This document shows positions 1 through 12,173 of a stretch of 32,000 nt of DNA, piece by piece. The translations under genes were made by a program, and so were the position numbers. Numbering within the stretch: position 1 is the first letter of the stretch; each line of letters begins with the position of its first letter. Below the pieces are notes generated by a model that saw only the letters and a program-made list of their open reading frames with translations, did no database searches and was not told the origin of the DNA. Origin of the DNA: Candidatus Saccharimonadota bacterium (GTDB lineage: Bacteria; Pseudomonadota; Gammaproteobacteria; Enterobacterales; Enterobacteriaceae); NCBI GenBank assembly GCA_041941765.1, contig CP145869.1, positions 270,001 to 302,000 of the forward strand, read 5' to 3'.

Positions 1-1
1 T

Positions 2-1354
2 CCAAATTTGGATCATGAAATTATAAGTAAAGCCCATTTCATTGCTAAAACCTTGAAAAATGCGAAAAAACCTTTGATTATTTCAGGAAGTAGTTCAGGT
101 AGTGAAGAATTAATCAAATCTGCTGCTAATGTTGCTAAAGCACTTTTAGAGTCAGGATCAAATAATGTAGGGATAACTTTATTACCTAGTGAGGTTAATA
201 GTCTTGGATTAGGTCTTTTATCAGCTAGTAGTAGTGATCAAGGGTTAGAAATGGCTTTTAATGAATTTCACAATCAAAGTGCAGATACATTAATTATTTT
301 AGAAAATGATTTATATCGTTTTTTTCAAAAAACTAAAATCGATCAACTTTTAGATAATATTAAAAATATTTTTGTATTAGATCATCAAAATACTAAAACT
401 TTACAAAAGGCTCATTTTGTATTTCCGGTTGCTAGTTTTGCTGAAAGCGATGGTACAGTTATTAATAATGAAGTACGTGCTCAAAGATTCTTTCAAGTTT
501 ATGATCCATGTCATTATAATTCGAATCTGTCTATACAGACAAGCTGGCGTTGGTTGGATTTAATAAAATGCAAAAGATTATCTTCTACTTCTACATCGGA
601 AAAAATTACCTGGAAAAATTTAGATGATGTAATTGATGCTTGTATAACAGTTTTTCCAAATTTAAAAGGTATTAAAAAAGCTGCTCCAAATTCTAAGTTT
701 CGCATTTTTGGGCAAAAAATGGCACGAAAATCCCAACGATTTAGTGGTGAAACATCAATGTATACACATATTAATATTCATGAACCAAGTACACCCAAAG
801 ATAACGATTCAATGTTTACATTTTCTAAAGAAGGAAATAATAGTCCTTTTGAGTGTAATCAGCATATACCTTTTGCTTGGGTTGCTGGATGGAATTCCAT
901 ACAAGCTTGGAATAAATATCAAAAAGAGGTAGGAGGAACATTACGTTATGGTGATTCTGGAATTCGATTAATTACATCTATCAAAAATTCTTTTAAGTTA
1001 TCTTGGTTTACTGAAATTCCAAGTATTTTTTTTAAAAAAGGTTATAAATTACGTATTGTTCCATATTATCATTTATTTGGGAGTGAGGAATTATCTCAAA
1101 AAAGTCAAGTAATACAACAAAGAATTCCCTCAAGTTACTGTATTATAAATGATAAAGATGCATTATTATCAGGATGGTCTTCTATAAATAGTCTAGTCGA
1201 ATTAACCATTCAGAATGAGATTTTTAATTTAGTTTTATATACTTCTAAGAAATTATCTAGTGGCTTAATTGGATTACCTTTAGGATTTACTGGTTTTCCA
1301 TTAGAATTAAACGGTCTTTATATAGATAATTTTAGGATTTTAAAGAATGGATAG
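2..1354 (+). CDS. nuoG: NADH-quinone oxidoreductase subunit G, C-terminal ~450 aa (5' end lies upstream of the window)
   Basis: The reading frame is open from the window edge, so the track start at 8 is only an in-frame TTG. It sits directly upstream of nuoH-N in canonical operon order. The TAG stop overlaps the nuoH ATG (ATGGATAG). Confidence 0.85.
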   Translation, partial: PNLDHEIISKAHFIAKTLKNAKKPLIISGSSSGSEELIKSAANVAKALLESGSNNVGITLLPSEVNSLGLGLLSASSSDQGLEMAFNEFHNQSADTLIILENDLYRFFQKTKIDQLLDNIKNIFVLDHQNTKTLQKAHFVFPVASFAESDGTVINNEVRAQRFFQVYDPCHYNSNLSIQTSWRWLDLIKCKRLSSTSTSEKITWKNLDDVIDACITVFPNLKGIKKAAPNSKFRIFGQKMARKSQRFSGETSMYTHINIHEPSTPKDNDSMFTFSKEGNNSPFECNQHIPFAWVAGWNSIQAWNKYQKEVGGTLRYGDSGIRLITSIKNSFKLSWFTEIPSIFFKKGYKLRIVPYYHLFGSEELSQKSQVIQQRIPSSYCIINDKDALLSGWSSINSLVELTIQNEIFNLVLYTSKKLSSGLIGLPLGFTGFPLELNGLYIDNFRILKNG

Positions 1355-2306
1355 AAGTCAAATTTTTTTAAATTTGTCAAAATCCATTATTATTTTATTA
1401 GGCGTGTTATTTTGTAGTACTTTTATGAGTTTTATTGAAAGAAGAGTCTTAGCTTTAGTACAAAATAGATATGGTCCTAATCAAGTAGGATGGTATGGTT
1501 TATTACAAGTCTTTGCTGATATGATTAAAATTATCTTTAAAGAAGATTGGATACCTCCTTTTTCAGATCGATTCATATTTATTATAGCTCCTCTTATTAC
1601 ATTTAATAGTTTATTATTATGTTTTACTATTATACCCATTACTAAATCTTGGGTAGTAATTAATTTAAATTGGGGGGTATTATTTTTTTTGATGATGGCT
1701 AGTTTATCTGTTTATGCAGTATTATTTGCAGGATGGGCAAGTAATAATAAATATTCTCTTCTTGGCGCACTAAGAGCAGCAGCACAAACTCTTAGCTATG
1801 AAGTTTTTCTTGGTTTATCTTTAATGGGAGTCGTAGCTAAAGCTGGTTCTTTTAATCTCATAGAAATAGTTCGTAATCAAATGAATATATGGAATATAAT
1901 TCCTCAATTTTTTGGATTTATTACTTTTTTTATCAGTGGTATTGCTCTTTGTCATCGTCATCCGTTTGACCAACCGGAAACAGAACAAGAATTAGTATCA
2001 GGTTATAATATAGAATATTCTGGAATGAAATTTGGTTTATTTTTTATAAGTGAGTATCTTGGAATTGTTACTATATCATCATTAATAGTGACACTATTTT
2101 TTGGAGGATGGAATGGTCCTTTATTACCATCATTTATATGGTTCTTGATTAAAACTAGTGTGTTTGCAATTCTTATTATCTTAATACGAGCCTCATTACC
2201 AAGACCACGTTACGACCAATTAATATCTTTAGGTTGGAAAGTTTGCTTACCACTGACTTTATTTAATTTGTTAATTACTGCTGCAGTAATTTTATTCTAT
2301 AAATAA
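1347..2306 (+). CDS. nuoH: NADH-quinone oxidoreductase subunit H (membrane subunit)
   Basis: 319 aa polytopic membrane protein. It carries NuoH/ND1-like motifs ([47 protein letters not shown]) and occupies the expected operon position. Confidence 0.95.
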   Translation: MDRSQIFLNLSKSIIILLGVLFCSTFMSFIERRVLALVQNRYGPNQVGWYGLLQVFADMIKIIFKEDWIPPFSDRFIFIIAPLITFNSLLLCFTIIPITKSWVVINLNWGVLFFLMMASLSVYAVLFAGWASNNKYSLLGALRAAAQTLSYEVFLGLSLMGVVAKAGSFNLIEIVRNQMNIWNIIPQFFGFITFFISGIALCHRHPFDQPETEQELVSGYNIEYSGMKFGLFFISEYLGIVTISSLIVTLFFGGWNGPLLPSFIWFLIKTSVFAILIILIRASLPRPRYDQLISLGWKVCLPLTLFNLLITAAVILFYK

Positions 2307-2321
2307 TAGGAAAGTCAATTT

Positions 2322-2861
2322 ATGATTTGGTTCAAAAACTTTTTTTATAATATTTTTAGTCAACTACGCAGTATATACCTAATTAGTTTAAATGCCTTTT
2401 CTAAACGTGAAACTAAAAAATATCCTGAAGATAAGATATATTTACCTCCTCGTTATCGCGGTAGAATTGTATTAACACGTGATCCTGATGGAATAGAACG
2501 TTGTGTAGCATGTGGTCTTTGTGCAGTAGTCTGTCCAACTGATTGTATCTCTCTTCAAAAATCTGAAGATCATCATGGAAGATGGTATCCTGAATTTTTT
2601 AGAATTAATTTCTCTAGGTGTATATTTTGTGGTTTATGTGAAGAAGCCTGTCCAACAACTGCTATTCAATTAACTCCTGATTTTGAAATGGGAGAATTCA
2701 AACGTAAAGATTTAGTTTATGAAAAAGAAGATTTACTCATTTCAGGTCCTGGAAAATATCCAGAATATAATTTTTATCGTATAACAGGTGTTGTTCTTAA
2801 AAACCAATCATCAGGTGAAAATCAATTAGATCCTATTGATGTAAAAGAATTATTGCCTTAA
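2322..2861 (+). CDS. nuoI: NADH-quinone oxidoreductase subunit I (2x[4Fe-4S] ferredoxin-type)
   Basis: 179 aa with two CxxCxxCxxxCP cluster motifs ([12 protein letters not shown] and [12 protein letters not shown]). AGGAAAG precedes the ATG. Confidence 0.95.
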   Translation: MIWFKNFFYNIFSQLRSIYLISLNAFSKRETKKYPEDKIYLPPRYRGRIVLTRDPDGIERCVACGLCAVVCPTDCISLQKSEDHHGRWYPEFFRINFSRCIFCGLCEEACPTTAIQLTPDFEMGEFKRKDLVYEKEDLLISGPGKYPEYNFYRITGVVLKNQSSGENQLDPIDVKELLP

Positions 2862-2883
2862 ACAATAAAACGGCTTTGACAAT

Positions 2884-3381
2884 ATGAATTTATTATTTTT
2901 TTATATGTGTGGAGTTATTTCAATATTAACTACATTACGTATCCTTACACATCCTAACCCTATGTATGCTGTACTATATTTATTATTTTTAATATTATCA
3001 ATTGCAGGAGTATTTTTCTCTATTGGTGCATATCTTGCTGGAGCATTAGAAGTAATTATATATGCCGGTGCTATTATGGTGTTATTTATTTTTATATTAA
3101 TGACACTTAATCTAGTAAATTCTATAGAATCTACACTACAAGTAATGACTTCATCAATGTATATATTAGGAATAATCATTTTTTTACTATTCTTTAGTAT
3201 TATTATTAGTTTTAGGATTCATAAAATTCCTGAATTTTATATTCTTAATGGATATATGATTGATACTAAACAAGTAGGAATTTTGTTGTTTGGTCCATAT
3301 TTATTATTAATAGAATTTGTATCTTTGTTAATCTTAGGAGGATTAATAGTTGCTTTTCATATAGGAAGCAAGGTTCGTTAA
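2884..3381 (+). CDS. nuoJ: NADH-quinone oxidoreductase subunit J
   Basis: 165 aa hydrophobic protein with an N-terminus like E. coli NuoJ (LRILTHPNPMYAVLYL, GAYLAGALEVIIYAGAIMVLF). It ends with tandem stops TAA TAG TAA. Confidence 0.9.
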   Translation: MNLLFFYMCGVISILTTLRILTHPNPMYAVLYLLFLILSIAGVFFSIGAYLAGALEVIIYAGAIMVLFIFILMTLNLVNSIESTLQVMTSSMYILGIIIFLLFFSIIISFRIHKIPEFYILNGYMIDTKQVGILLFGPYLLLIEFVSLLILGGLIVAFHIGSKVR

Positions 3382-3446
3382 TAGTAAGCGATTATTGAGT
3401 TTATGAAATGAATAATGAAACCTTCTAGATTGTTGGAGATCTTTCT

Positions 3447-3749
3447 ATGATACCTTTTCAGCATGGATTAATTTTATCTACAATTCTTTTTATCTTAGGA
3501 ATAATAATAATCTTTACACGTCGTAATTTCCTATTTATGCTAATTGGAATTGAAATTATGTTAAATGCTGCTGCTTTAGTTTTTATTCTATCTGGATATA
3601 CATGGAAACGAATTGATAGTCAAATCATGTATATCTTAACAATTACTATTGCGGCAATAGAAGCTAGCATTGGATTAGCATTATTACTTAAGTTGCATAG
3701 ATATTATCATAATCTTAAGATAGATTTAGTGAGAAATAAACATGGATAA
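3447..3749 (+). CDS. nuoK: NADH-quinone oxidoreductase subunit K
   Basis: 100 aa protein with three transmembrane segments. GGAG lies 8 nt upstream of the ATG. The stop overlaps the nuoL start (ATGGATAA). Confidence 0.9.
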   Translation: MIPFQHGLILSTILFILGIIIIFTRRNFLFMLIGIEIMLNAAALVFILSGYTWKRIDSQIMYILTITIAAIEASIGLALLLKLHRYYHNLKIDLVRNKHG

Positions 3750-5646
3750 ATATTCTTTATCTATTTTATGTATTTTATTTCCTTTGTTTAGTTTTTGTTT
3801 ATTAATCTTATTAAAAAATAATGACTATAACAAAATATCTTCAATTATAGGAACCACTTCAGTAGGTTTATCAACATTATTTACCCTTCTTATAAATATT
3901 GATTTCTTTAAAATGAATCACTTTGAATATTATCAAAACTTATGGAATTGGATAAAAATTGGATCTTTTTCAATTGATATTAATTTTATGATAGATGGAT
4001 TGTCTCTTACAATGTTATCAATAGTGACCGGAGTAGGTTTTTTAATTCATATCTTCTCTAATTGGTATATGCATGGTGAAAAAGAAACAGCAAGATTTTT
4101 TGCTTATACTAATCTATTTATAGCTAGTATGATTATATTAGTCTTGGCAGGAAACTTATTATTAATGTATGTAGGGTGGGAATTAGTAGGAGTTTGCTCT
4201 TATTTACTTATTGGTTTTTATTATACTCACATTAAGAATGGATTAGCTGCATTAAAGGCTTTTTTAATTACGCGTATTGCAGATGTATGCTTAATTATAG
4301 CAATATTTATTATTTATCATAAAATAGGATCTTTAAATTTTAATGATATATTTAAAGTCTTAACATTATTTACAAATCAAACAGATATTTTTCACTTAAA
4401 ATTAGCAGCTGTTCTATTATTATGTGGAGCTATAGGAAAATCAGCTCAATTTCCCATGCAAACTTGGTTAGCTGATGCAATGGTAGCACCCACTCCTGTA
4501 TCAGCGTTAATTCATGCAGCTACAATGATTACTGCTGGAGTTTATCTTATTGTTCGTACCCATGTTCTATTTCATCTTATGCCAGATATATTATATTTAA
4601 TACTAATTATTGGTAGTATCACTTTAATCTTAGGATCTTTTGAAGCTCTCATACAAAATGATATTAAACGAGTACTTGCTTATTCCACTATGAGTCAAAT
4701 TGGTTATATGTTTGCAGCATTAGGTATAGAAGCTTGGCACGCAGCTATCTTTCATCTCATGACTCATGCTTTTTTTAAAGCACTTTTATTTCTTTCATCA
4801 GGTTCTATTATTTTAGAATGTAATCAAGAACAAAATATGTTAAAAATGGGTGGATTGCGTAAGAAAATGCCAATGATTTATCTCTGTTTTTTAATGAGTG
4901 GTGCTTCATTAGCAGCTGTTCCATTTATAACATCTGGTTTTTTTAGTAAAGAAGAAATTGTTCTCTCGATTTTTTATAGTGGTCATATTTATTATGCAAT
5001 AATTGGATTATTAGGTGCTTTTTTAACTTCACTTTATACTTTTCGTATGATTTTTCTTATTTTTCATGGAAAACCATTCATCAATTCTTTTACAGTAATT
5101 AATCACTCTACTAAAAAAGGAATAACTTATTATTTTCCATTATTAATAATGCTAATATTTTCTACTTATTTTGGTACGAAAATTAGACTGCCAATTAATA
5201 CATTATTTCCAGCAGCTATTCCAAATGAAATTCATTCCACTCAATTATTATTAATACTAATTTCTAGTAGTTTAGTAATTTTAGGTTGTGTTTTATCATG
5301 GATTTTTTTTAATAATAAAAAATATCGATTAATTATTTTGGAACCTAATAGTTTTCATTGGTGGAATGTTGCTATTAATTCTAAATTATTAACTACTTGG
5401 ACCTTTGACGGTTTATATCGTCAATTATTTATTAAACCATATTTGATAATTGCAAAATACTTAAAATCAGATCCATTAAATAGAATGCTTAATATTCCAG
5501 TAATCTTTTTAAATTTTATAGGAATAAATTTACTTTTTAGAAGTGAAAAATCTAATCAGATTAATAACTATATTACATCTATTATATTTGGAACCGGACT
5601 CATTTTAGTTTTTCTACTATTATTTGAGTTCTTTATATTAAATTAG
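3742..5646 (+). CDS. nuoL: NADH-quinone oxidoreductase subunit L (antiporter-like)
   Basis: 634 aa with Mrp/ND5-type motifs ([48 protein letters not shown]) in the expected operon position. Confidence 0.95.
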   Translation: MDKYSLSILCILFPLFSFCLLILLKNNDYNKISSIIGTTSVGLSTLFTLLINIDFFKMNHFEYYQNLWNWIKIGSFSIDINFMIDGLSLTMLSIVTGVGFLIHIFSNWYMHGEKETARFFAYTNLFIASMIILVLAGNLLLMYVGWELVGVCSYLLIGFYYTHIKNGLAALKAFLITRIADVCLIIAIFIIYHKIGSLNFNDIFKVLTLFTNQTDIFHLKLAAVLLLCGAIGKSAQFPMQTWLADAMVAPTPVSALIHAATMITAGVYLIVRTHVLFHLMPDILYLILIIGSITLILGSFEALIQNDIKRVLAYSTMSQIGYMFAALGIEAWHAAIFHLMTHAFFKALLFLSSGSIILECNQEQNMLKMGGLRKKMPMIYLCFLMSGASLAAVPFITSGFFSKEEIVLSIFYSGHIYYAIIGLLGAFLTSLYTFRMIFLIFHGKPFINSFTVINHSTKKGITYYFPLLIMLIFSTYFGTKIRLPINTLFPAAIPNEIHSTQLLLILISSSLVILGCVLSWIFFNNKKYRLIILEPNSFHWWNVAINSKLLTTWTFDGLYRQLFIKPYLIIAKYLKSDPLNRMLNIPVIFLNFIGINLLFRSEKSNQINNYITSIIFGTGLILVFLLLFEFFILN

Positions 5647-5662
5647 AAGGAACGATTATTTA

Positions 5663-7186
5663 ATGTTATTACCTTGGCTAATAATAATACCCTTTATTAG
5701 TGGTTTAATATGTTTACCTGTAGAATATTGTTACAAAAAAATATCACGTTGGATTGCGTTGATAACTATCATAATAGTTTTATTAATAATAATGTTCATA
5801 TGGTTCTTCACTAAGAATAATGATTGGTTAATACCAACTACAATAGTTGGATTACCTCAATGGCGATATGAATATTCTATTTCATGGATTCCTCGTTTTG
5901 GGATTAGTTTTCATTTAGCATTAGATGGAGTATCACTATTAATGCTTCTGATAACCGGATTAATTGGAATCATGGCTGTATTATCTTCATGGAAAGAAAT
6001 AAATCAAAAAATTGGACTATTTTATTTAAACTTACTATTTGTTATTAGTGGAATAATCGGAATTTTTCTTGCAATAGATTTATTTTTATTTTTTTGTTTT
6101 TGGGAAATGATGCTTATACCCATGTTTTTTATTCTTTTATTATGGACAACAAATCAAGAAGATGCTAAAAAACTTAATACTGCTCTTAAGTTCTTTATTT
6201 ATACTCAAGGAAGTGGTTTATTAATGTTAATAGCTATTATTAGTTTAGCTTTAATTCATTATTATCATACAGGAATGTGGAGTTTTAGATATGAATTATT
6301 ATTACAAAATAAGATATCATATCTAATTGAATATATATTGATGTTGTGTTTTTTTATTACGTTTGCAGTGAAATTACCTCTGATTCCTTTACATGGATGG
6401 TTAATTGATGTACATGATCAAGCACCTACCGCTGGATCTTTAATTCTTTTACTAAAAACTGCGGCTTATGGTTTATTACGTTTCACTTTGCCCTTATTTC
6501 CAATTACATCTATGGATTTTGCTCCAATAGCAAAAATCTTTGGTCTTATTAATATATTTTACGGAGCTTGGATGGCTTTTAATCAAACCAATTTCAAACG
6601 AATTATAGCATATAGTTCTATCTCTCATATTGGTTTGATATTAATTGCTATTTATACCGGAACGAATATAGCATTTCAAGGTGCACTATTTCAAATGATT
6701 ACTTATACTTGTTCTACAGCGGGCTTATTTATTTTATGCGGACAGCTTTATGAACATTTACATACTAAAAATCTATTTCATCTTCAAAAAAAATGGCGGC
6801 AAATGAATTTTATGCCAACTTTTTTATTATTTTTTTTATTGGCAACTATGGGAATACCTGGAACAGGAAATTTTATTGGAGAATTTTTAATTTTAGTTAG
6901 CAGTTATAATATAGCACCATATATTACTGGAATAGCTACTTTTGGGATTGTGTTTACAACTATTTATGTTTTAATAATGATACAACAACTTTATTTTGGT
7001 ATTACAAAAAATCATACACATTCTTTAAAACCAATGACATTACGTGAATATAGTATAGTTATAATACTAATATTATTATTAGTTGGATTATTTTTGTATC
7101 CTCAATCCATTTTAAATATCTCTTATGTACCATTAAATAATCTTAAACAATGGATTGTTAATACTTCCATTCAATCTCTGAAATAG
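5663..7186 (+). CDS. nuoM: NADH-quinone oxidoreductase subunit M (antiporter-like)
   Basis: 507 aa ND4-like membrane protein (FFCFWEMMLIPMFF, PLHGWLIDVHDQAPTAGS, KRIIAYSSISHIG). GAAGGAA lies upstream of the ATG. Confidence 0.95.
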   Translation: MLLPWLIIIPFISGLICLPVEYCYKKISRWIALITIIIVLLIIMFIWFFTKNNDWLIPTTIVGLPQWRYEYSISWIPRFGISFHLALDGVSLLMLLITGLIGIMAVLSSWKEINQKIGLFYLNLLFVISGIIGIFLAIDLFLFFCFWEMMLIPMFFILLLWTTNQEDAKKLNTALKFFIYTQGSGLLMLIAIISLALIHYYHTGMWSFRYELLLQNKISYLIEYILMLCFFITFAVKLPLIPLHGWLIDVHDQAPTAGSLILLLKTAAYGLLRFTLPLFPITSMDFAPIAKIFGLINIFYGAWMAFNQTNFKRIIAYSSISHIGLILIAIYTGTNIAFQGALFQMITYTCSTAGLFILCGQLYEHLHTKNLFHLQKKWRQMNFMPTFLLFFLLATMGIPGTGNFIGEFLILVSSYNIAPYITGIATFGIVFTTIYVLIMIQQLYFGITKNHTHSLKPMTLREYSIVIILILLLVGLFLYPQSILNISYVPLNNLKQWIVNTSIQSLK

Positions 7187-7197
7187 ATTTAATAGTT

Positions 7198-8658
7198 ATG
7201 ATGCCATTAATAGTACTGATTTTTACTTCAATAATTTTATTATTAGCTATTATTATATACAAACGAAATAATTTGGTGTCTTGTATAATTTCATTTATTG
7301 GTTTATCAATAGCTATTCTTTCGATATTTTTTTACCAATCTACTCCAACTCTACCAGAATTTATAACAAATTTGTTATCTAGAGATAATTATTCGTTATT
7401 TATTCTTTCATTAGTTTTATTCGCAAGTTTAATAACAAATATATTTACTTACTTATGGTTGTATTTTTTAGATTTATCAGATCAAGGTGAAATTTTTTTA
7501 TTAATATTAATTGCTACTTTAGGAGGAGTGTTACTAACTACTACCAATAATTTATCATCATTTTTTATTGGTCTAGAATTAATGTCAGTACCGTTATTTT
7601 GTTTAACGGGTTATACCTATAATAGAATTACTTATCTTGAATCCAGTATAAAATATACACTGTTGTCTGCAATTACTTCTGCATTTCTACTATTTGGAAT
7701 TGCGCTTATATATGCACAAACTGGTTATTTAAAATATTCACAAATAAGTATTTTTATTAAGGAAAATATCTTATTTTTACCCCCACTACTATTACTAGGT
7801 TTTGGACTAATGATGACTAGTATAGGATTTAAATTATCTTTAGTCCCATTTCACCAATGGACAGCTGAAATATATCAAAAATCAACTCTTCCAGCTGTGT
7901 TATTTTTAGCTACTAGTAGTAAAATTGCTATTTTTGGAGCTACAATTCGTTTATTAATTGATTTACAGCTTATAGATAATAAAATTGTTTATAGTTTACT
8001 AAGTATCATGGCAGTTTTATCTATTTTAGTTGGAAATTTAATGGCTCTTTTTCAATTAAATCTTAAAAGATTATTAGCATACTCTTCTATTTCTCATTTT
8101 GGTTTTTTATGGATAGCATTAATATCTGCACATACAATCCATAAAAGTTTTTTATTAGAAACTATTAATATTTCTTTGTTTAGTTATTTATTAAGTAATT
8201 TAGGATTATTTGGATTAATTTTGTTACTCAGCAGTAGTTATCATAATCCTCATTCAGAGGAGATTAACTATTATCCTTATCGGGGATTATTTTTACATCA
8301 TCCTATATTATCATTAGCTATGACGATAATGATACTATCGTTATCAGGCATTCCCCTAACATTAGGTTTTATTAGTAAATTTTATCTAATTATTATAAGT
8401 ATAATGTCCCATGATTGGTGGTTAAGTTTATCGATTTTAATCGGTAGTATTCTTGGCTTTTATTCTTATTTGCGAGTTATTGCATATTTATATTTATCTT
8501 TACCACCAAATCAAAGTCTCATCTCAGCAGAAGGAAATTGGTTTTGGGGTATTGGATCAATATTAGTCTGTCTAATCGCGATTTTTATTTGCATTTTAGG
8601 TATTATTCCACAATACATAATAAATCTTGCTCAATTATCATCTAAGCTTATTCATTAG
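7198..8658 (+). CDS. nuoN: NADH-quinone oxidoreductase subunit N (antiporter-like)
   Basis: 486 aa ND2-like membrane protein (GLELMSVPLF, KRLLAYSSISHFG). It is the last gene of the nuo operon. Confidence 0.93.
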   Translation: MMPLIVLIFTSIILLLAIIIYKRNNLVSCIISFIGLSIAILSIFFYQSTPTLPEFITNLLSRDNYSLFILSLVLFASLITNIFTYLWLYFLDLSDQGEIFLLILIATLGGVLLTTTNNLSSFFIGLELMSVPLFCLTGYTYNRITYLESSIKYTLLSAITSAFLLFGIALIYAQTGYLKYSQISIFIKENILFLPPLLLLGFGLMMTSIGFKLSLVPFHQWTAEIYQKSTLPAVLFLATSSKIAIFGATIRLLIDLQLIDNKIVYSLLSIMAVLSILVGNLMALFQLNLKRLLAYSSISHFGFLWIALISAHTIHKSFLLETINISLFSYLLSNLGLFGLILLLSSSYHNPHSEEINYYPYRGLFLHHPILSLAMTIMILSLSGIPLTLGFISKFYLIIISIMSHDWWLSLSILIGSILGFYSYLRVIAYLYLSLPPNQSLISAEGNWFWGIGSILVCLIAIFICILGIIPQYIINLAQLSSKLIH

Positions 8659-8669
8659 AATATAATTAT

Positions 8670-9800
8670 TTATAAATTAAAATGACACAAGTCTTTTATA
8701 TCAAATTCCGTATCTATTTGACCAATTAAGTAAGAACTCAATTCCGATTCTTGAGGTGCAACCTGTACATAATCTGATATTAACCAAGAATTAATCCATG
8801 GAATTGGATTGGATTGTATACTAAAAGGAATCTCTAATTTTAGAGCTTGCATTCTGATATTAGTAATATACTCAATATATTGAAATAATATTTCCTTATT
8901 TAATCCTATCATTGCTCCATCTTTGAATAAATATTCCGCCCATTTTTTTTCTTGCTGCACAGCTCGCAAAAATAAATCATAACATTGTGGTTTACATTCC
9001 TTCGCAATTTCTACCATTTCCGCATCATCTGTTCCAGAATGCATAAGATTAATTAAATACTGAGTTCCGGTTAAATGTAATGCTTCATCACGTGCAATCA
9101 AACGAATAATTTTTGCATTTCCTTCCATCAATTTACGTTCAGCAAAAGCAAAAGAACAAGCAAAACTCACATAAAAACGAATGGCTTCTAGAACATTAAC
9201 ATTCATTAAACAAAGATAAAGTTGTTTTTTTAAGGCACGTAAATTAATAGTAATGGTTTTACCATTTACGTAATGTGTTCCCTCACCTAAAAGATGCCAG
9301 TAACTAGTCATCTTAATTAAGTCATCATAATAAATCGAAATATCCTGAGCTCGCATGTTAATGTGTTCATTTGTCACAATATCATCAAAAATGCATCCTG
9401 GTTCATTAACAATATTACGAATAATATGAGTATAAGAACGTGAATGAATAGTCTCAGAAAAAGCCCAAGTTTCAATCCAAGTTTCAAGCTCAGGTAATGA
9501 TACCAAAGGTAAAAAAGATACATTAGGACTACGTCCTTGAATTGAATCTAACAAAGTCTGATATTTGAGATTGCTAAGAAAAATATGTTTTTCATGTTCA
9601 GGTAATTTCATAAAATCAATTCTATCTTTTGATATATCAATTTCTTCAGGACGCCAGAAAAATGAGAGCTGTTTTTCAATTAATCTTTCAAAAAAAGAAT
9701 ATTTTTGTTGATCATAACGGGCTATATTTACTGGTTGTCCAAAAAATAAAGGTTCTTTAAGTTGATCATTTTTTTTTTGAGAAAAAGTAGTATAAATCAT
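8670..9800 (-). CDS. nrdB: Class Ia ribonucleotide reductase beta subunit
   Basis: 376 aa, collinear with E. coli NrdB ([31 protein letters not shown]). AAGGA lies upstream of the ATG, and the gene is downstream of nrdA. Confidence 0.97.
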   Translation of the reverse strand: MIYTTFSQKKNDQLKEPLFFGQPVNIARYDQQKYSFFERLIEKQLSFFWRPEEIDISKDRIDFMKLPEHEKHIFLSNLKYQTLLDSIQGRSPNVSFLPLVSLPELETWIETWAFSETIHSRSYTHIIRNIVNEPGCIFDDIVTNEHINMRAQDISIYYDDLIKMTSYWHLLGEGTHYVNGKTITINLRALKKQLYLCLMNVNVLEAIRFYVSFACSFAFAERKLMEGNAKIIRLIARDEALHLTGTQYLINLMHSGTDDAEMVEIAKECKPQCYDLFLRAVQQEKKWAEYLFKDGAMIGLNKEILFQYIEYITNIRMQALKLEIPFSIQSNPIPWINSWLISDYVQVAPQESELSSYLIGQIDTEFDIKDLCHFNL

Positions 9801-9845
9801 ATCTATCCTTAATAAATCAAGAAAATTGACCGGTTTTTACAACTC

Positions 9846-12173
9846 TTAAATCTTACAAGCTCCACTATCGCAATTATTACTTTCATAAATAATAATTGGT
9901 TGTGCGTTTTGGGAATTCTCTGACATATGATTGGGAATCTGTACACTTAATTGGTCTGATGCTCTGTCTCGTGTATTATGATAATATAAAGTTTTGATTC
10001 CAAGCGTCCAAGCTGTAATTATATCTTTCAATAACTGTTTCATGGGTAATTTTCTCGAGGAAAAACTCTCTGGATCATAACTAGTATTAGCCGAAATAGA
10101 TTGATCAATAAATTTTTGCATTATACCCACTAATTGTAAATAACCTTCGTTATTTGGCATGTCCCACAAATACTCATATGCTGTATTTAATTTTTCCAAA
10201 TCTGGCACCACTTGATGTAAGATACCATCTTTTGAGGTTTTAACAGTAATACAACCTCGTGGTGGTTCAATTCCATTAGTAGCATTAGATATTTGCGAAG
10301 AACTTTCGGAAGGCATTAAAGAGGAAAGGGTAGAATTGCGTAATCCATACTTTTTAATATTCATTCGTAAGGTTTCCCAATCATAATGTAATGGTTCTAC
10401 CACAATTGTATCGATAGTTTTTTTATACGTATCAATAGGTAAAAGACCTTGAGCATAAGTAGTTTCATTAAACCAAGGACATGCACCTTGTTCCTGTGCT
10501 AATTCATTTGACGCTTTAAGTAAATAATATTGGAGAGCTTCAAAAGTTTTATGTGTAAGATTCTTCGCACTACCATCTGAATATCGAACGCCATTCTTAG
10601 CTAAATAATAAGCAAAATTAATTACACCAATTCCTAAAGGACGACGACCTATTGCAGCTCGTTTAGCCGCAAAAATAGGATAATTTTGATAATCTAATAA
10701 TGCATCTAGAGCTCGAACGGCTAAGACAGCTAGTTCTTCTAATTCATTAAGGTTCTTGATAAGACCTAAATTAAAAGCCGAAAGAGTACAAACCGCAATT
10801 TCTCCTTGATGGTCATGTATGTGTTGTAATGGAGTAGTGGGTAATGTAATTTCTAAGCATAGATTTGATTGTCGTATAGGCGCTAGATGTGGATTAAAAG
10901 CACTATGTGTGTTACAATTATCAACATGCTGAATATAAATTCTACCGGTTGATGCTCTTTCTTGCATCAGTAAACAAAACAGTTCTACTGCTTTTACTCT
11001 TTTTTTTCGAATAGAAACTTCTTGTTCATATTTTCTATATAACCGTTCAAATTTTTTTTGATCTGCAAAAAAAGCTTCATATAGATCCGAAACTTCACAA
11101 GGATTAAATAGAGTAATCTCTTCCTCATTTATAAGACGTTGATACATTAATTTATTAATTTGTACCGCATAATCTATATGACGAACGCGATTTTCTTCAA
11201 TACCACGATTATTCTTCAGAACAAGTAGATTTTCTACTTCTAAATGCCATAAAGGATAAAATAAAGTAGCCGCACCTCCTCTTATTCCCCCTTGTGAACA
11301 TGATTTTACAGCTGATTGAAAATGTTTATAAAATGGAATACAACCCATATGGTATACTCCCCCTTCTCGAATTGTACTACCTAACGCTCTAATACGTCCT
11401 GCATTAATGCCAATTCCAGCTCTTTGAGAAATATACTTTACAATAACACTTGCAGTAGCATTAATAGAATCTAAGTTATCATCACATTCAACTAAAACAC
11501 ATGAACTAAATTGTTTAGTACATGTACGTACTCCAGCTAGGATTGGTGTAGGTAGAGAGATTTTAAACGTAGATGTTGCATCATAAAAACGTTTTATATA
11601 ACTTTTACGGATATTTGGAGGATATCTTGAAAATAAACAAGCTGCTACTAATATATATATGAATTGAGGACTTTCATATATTTTATTATTAACACGATTT
11701 TGTACTAAATATTTACTTTCTAATTGTTTTACAGCAGCATATGAAAACTTCATATCTCTTGAATGATCAATAAAATTATCCATTTCTTCGAATTCTTCTT
11801 TTGTATAAAATTTTAATAAATTTGGATCATATATATTTATATTAACCATTCTTTGAACTTGATCATATAGTTTAGGTGGTTGAAATTGTCCATAAGCTTT
11901 TTTACGCAGATTAAAAATCCCTAAACGGGCTGCTAGATATTGGTAATCGGAGTGTTCACTACATATCATATCGGCAGCTACTTTAATGAGAATTTGATGA
12001 ATCTTAGAGGTTTGAATCCCATTATACAACTGGATATGAGAAAGCATTTCTACTTTAGAAATAGAAATGTTATGCAATCCTTCAGAAGCCCATAACATAA
12101 TCCTGTGAATTTTTTCTAAATTCAAACGTTCGATACGACTATCGCGTTTAGTAACAAACCAATTTGGGTTCAT
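9846..12173 (-). CDS. nrdA: Class Ia ribonucleotide reductase alpha subunit
   Basis: 775 aa with an N-terminal ATP-cone (VTKRDSRIERLNLEKIH), the active-site region SNLCLEI, and the C-terminal CDSGACKI redox tail. Confidence 0.97.
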   Translation of the reverse strand: MNPNWFVTKRDSRIERLNLEKIHRIMLWASEGLHNISISKVEMLSHIQLYNGIQTSKIHQILIKVAADMICSEHSDYQYLAARLGIFNLRKKAYGQFQPPKLYDQVQRMVNINIYDPNLLKFYTKEEFEEMDNFIDHSRDMKFSYAAVKQLESKYLVQNRVNNKIYESPQFIYILVAACLFSRYPPNIRKSYIKRFYDATSTFKISLPTPILAGVRTCTKQFSSCVLVECDDNLDSINATASVIVKYISQRAGIGINAGRIRALGSTIREGGVYHMGCIPFYKHFQSAVKSCSQGGIRGGAATLFYPLWHLEVENLLVLKNNRGIEENRVRHIDYAVQINKLMYQRLINEEEITLFNPCEVSDLYEAFFADQKKFERLYRKYEQEVSIRKKRVKAVELFCLLMQERASTGRIYIQHVDNCNTHSAFNPHLAPIRQSNLCLEITLPTTPLQHIHDHQGEIAVCTLSAFNLGLIKNLNELEELAVLAVRALDALLDYQNYPIFAAKRAAIGRRPLGIGVINFAYYLAKNGVRYSDGSAKNLTHKTFEALQYYLLKASNELAQEQGACPWFNETTYAQGLLPIDTYKKTIDTIVVEPLHYDWETLRMNIKKYGLRNSTLSSLMPSESSSQISNATNGIEPPRGCITVKTSKDGILHQVVPDLEKLNTAYEYLWDMPNNEGYLQLVGIMQKFIDQSISANTSYDPESFSSRKLPMKQLLKDIITAWTLGIKTLYYHNTRDRASDQLSVQIPNHMSENSQNAQPIIIYESNNCDSGACKI

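Noticed and set aside
514-705. 63-aa ORF antisense to nuoG
   Set aside because: It is nested entirely inside the conserved nuoG frame, has a low-complexity AT-driven sequence, and has no recognisable motifs or Shine-Dalgarno sequence.
708-932. 74-aa ORF on the same strand as nuoG in another frame
   Set aside because: It is embedded in nuoG coding sequence. It is an alternative-frame artefact in AT-rich DNA.
2901-3179. 92-aa ORF antisense to nuoJ
   Set aside because: It lies fully within nuoJ. The Ile/Asn-rich sequence is typical of an antisense frame of a membrane-protein gene in AT-rich DNA.
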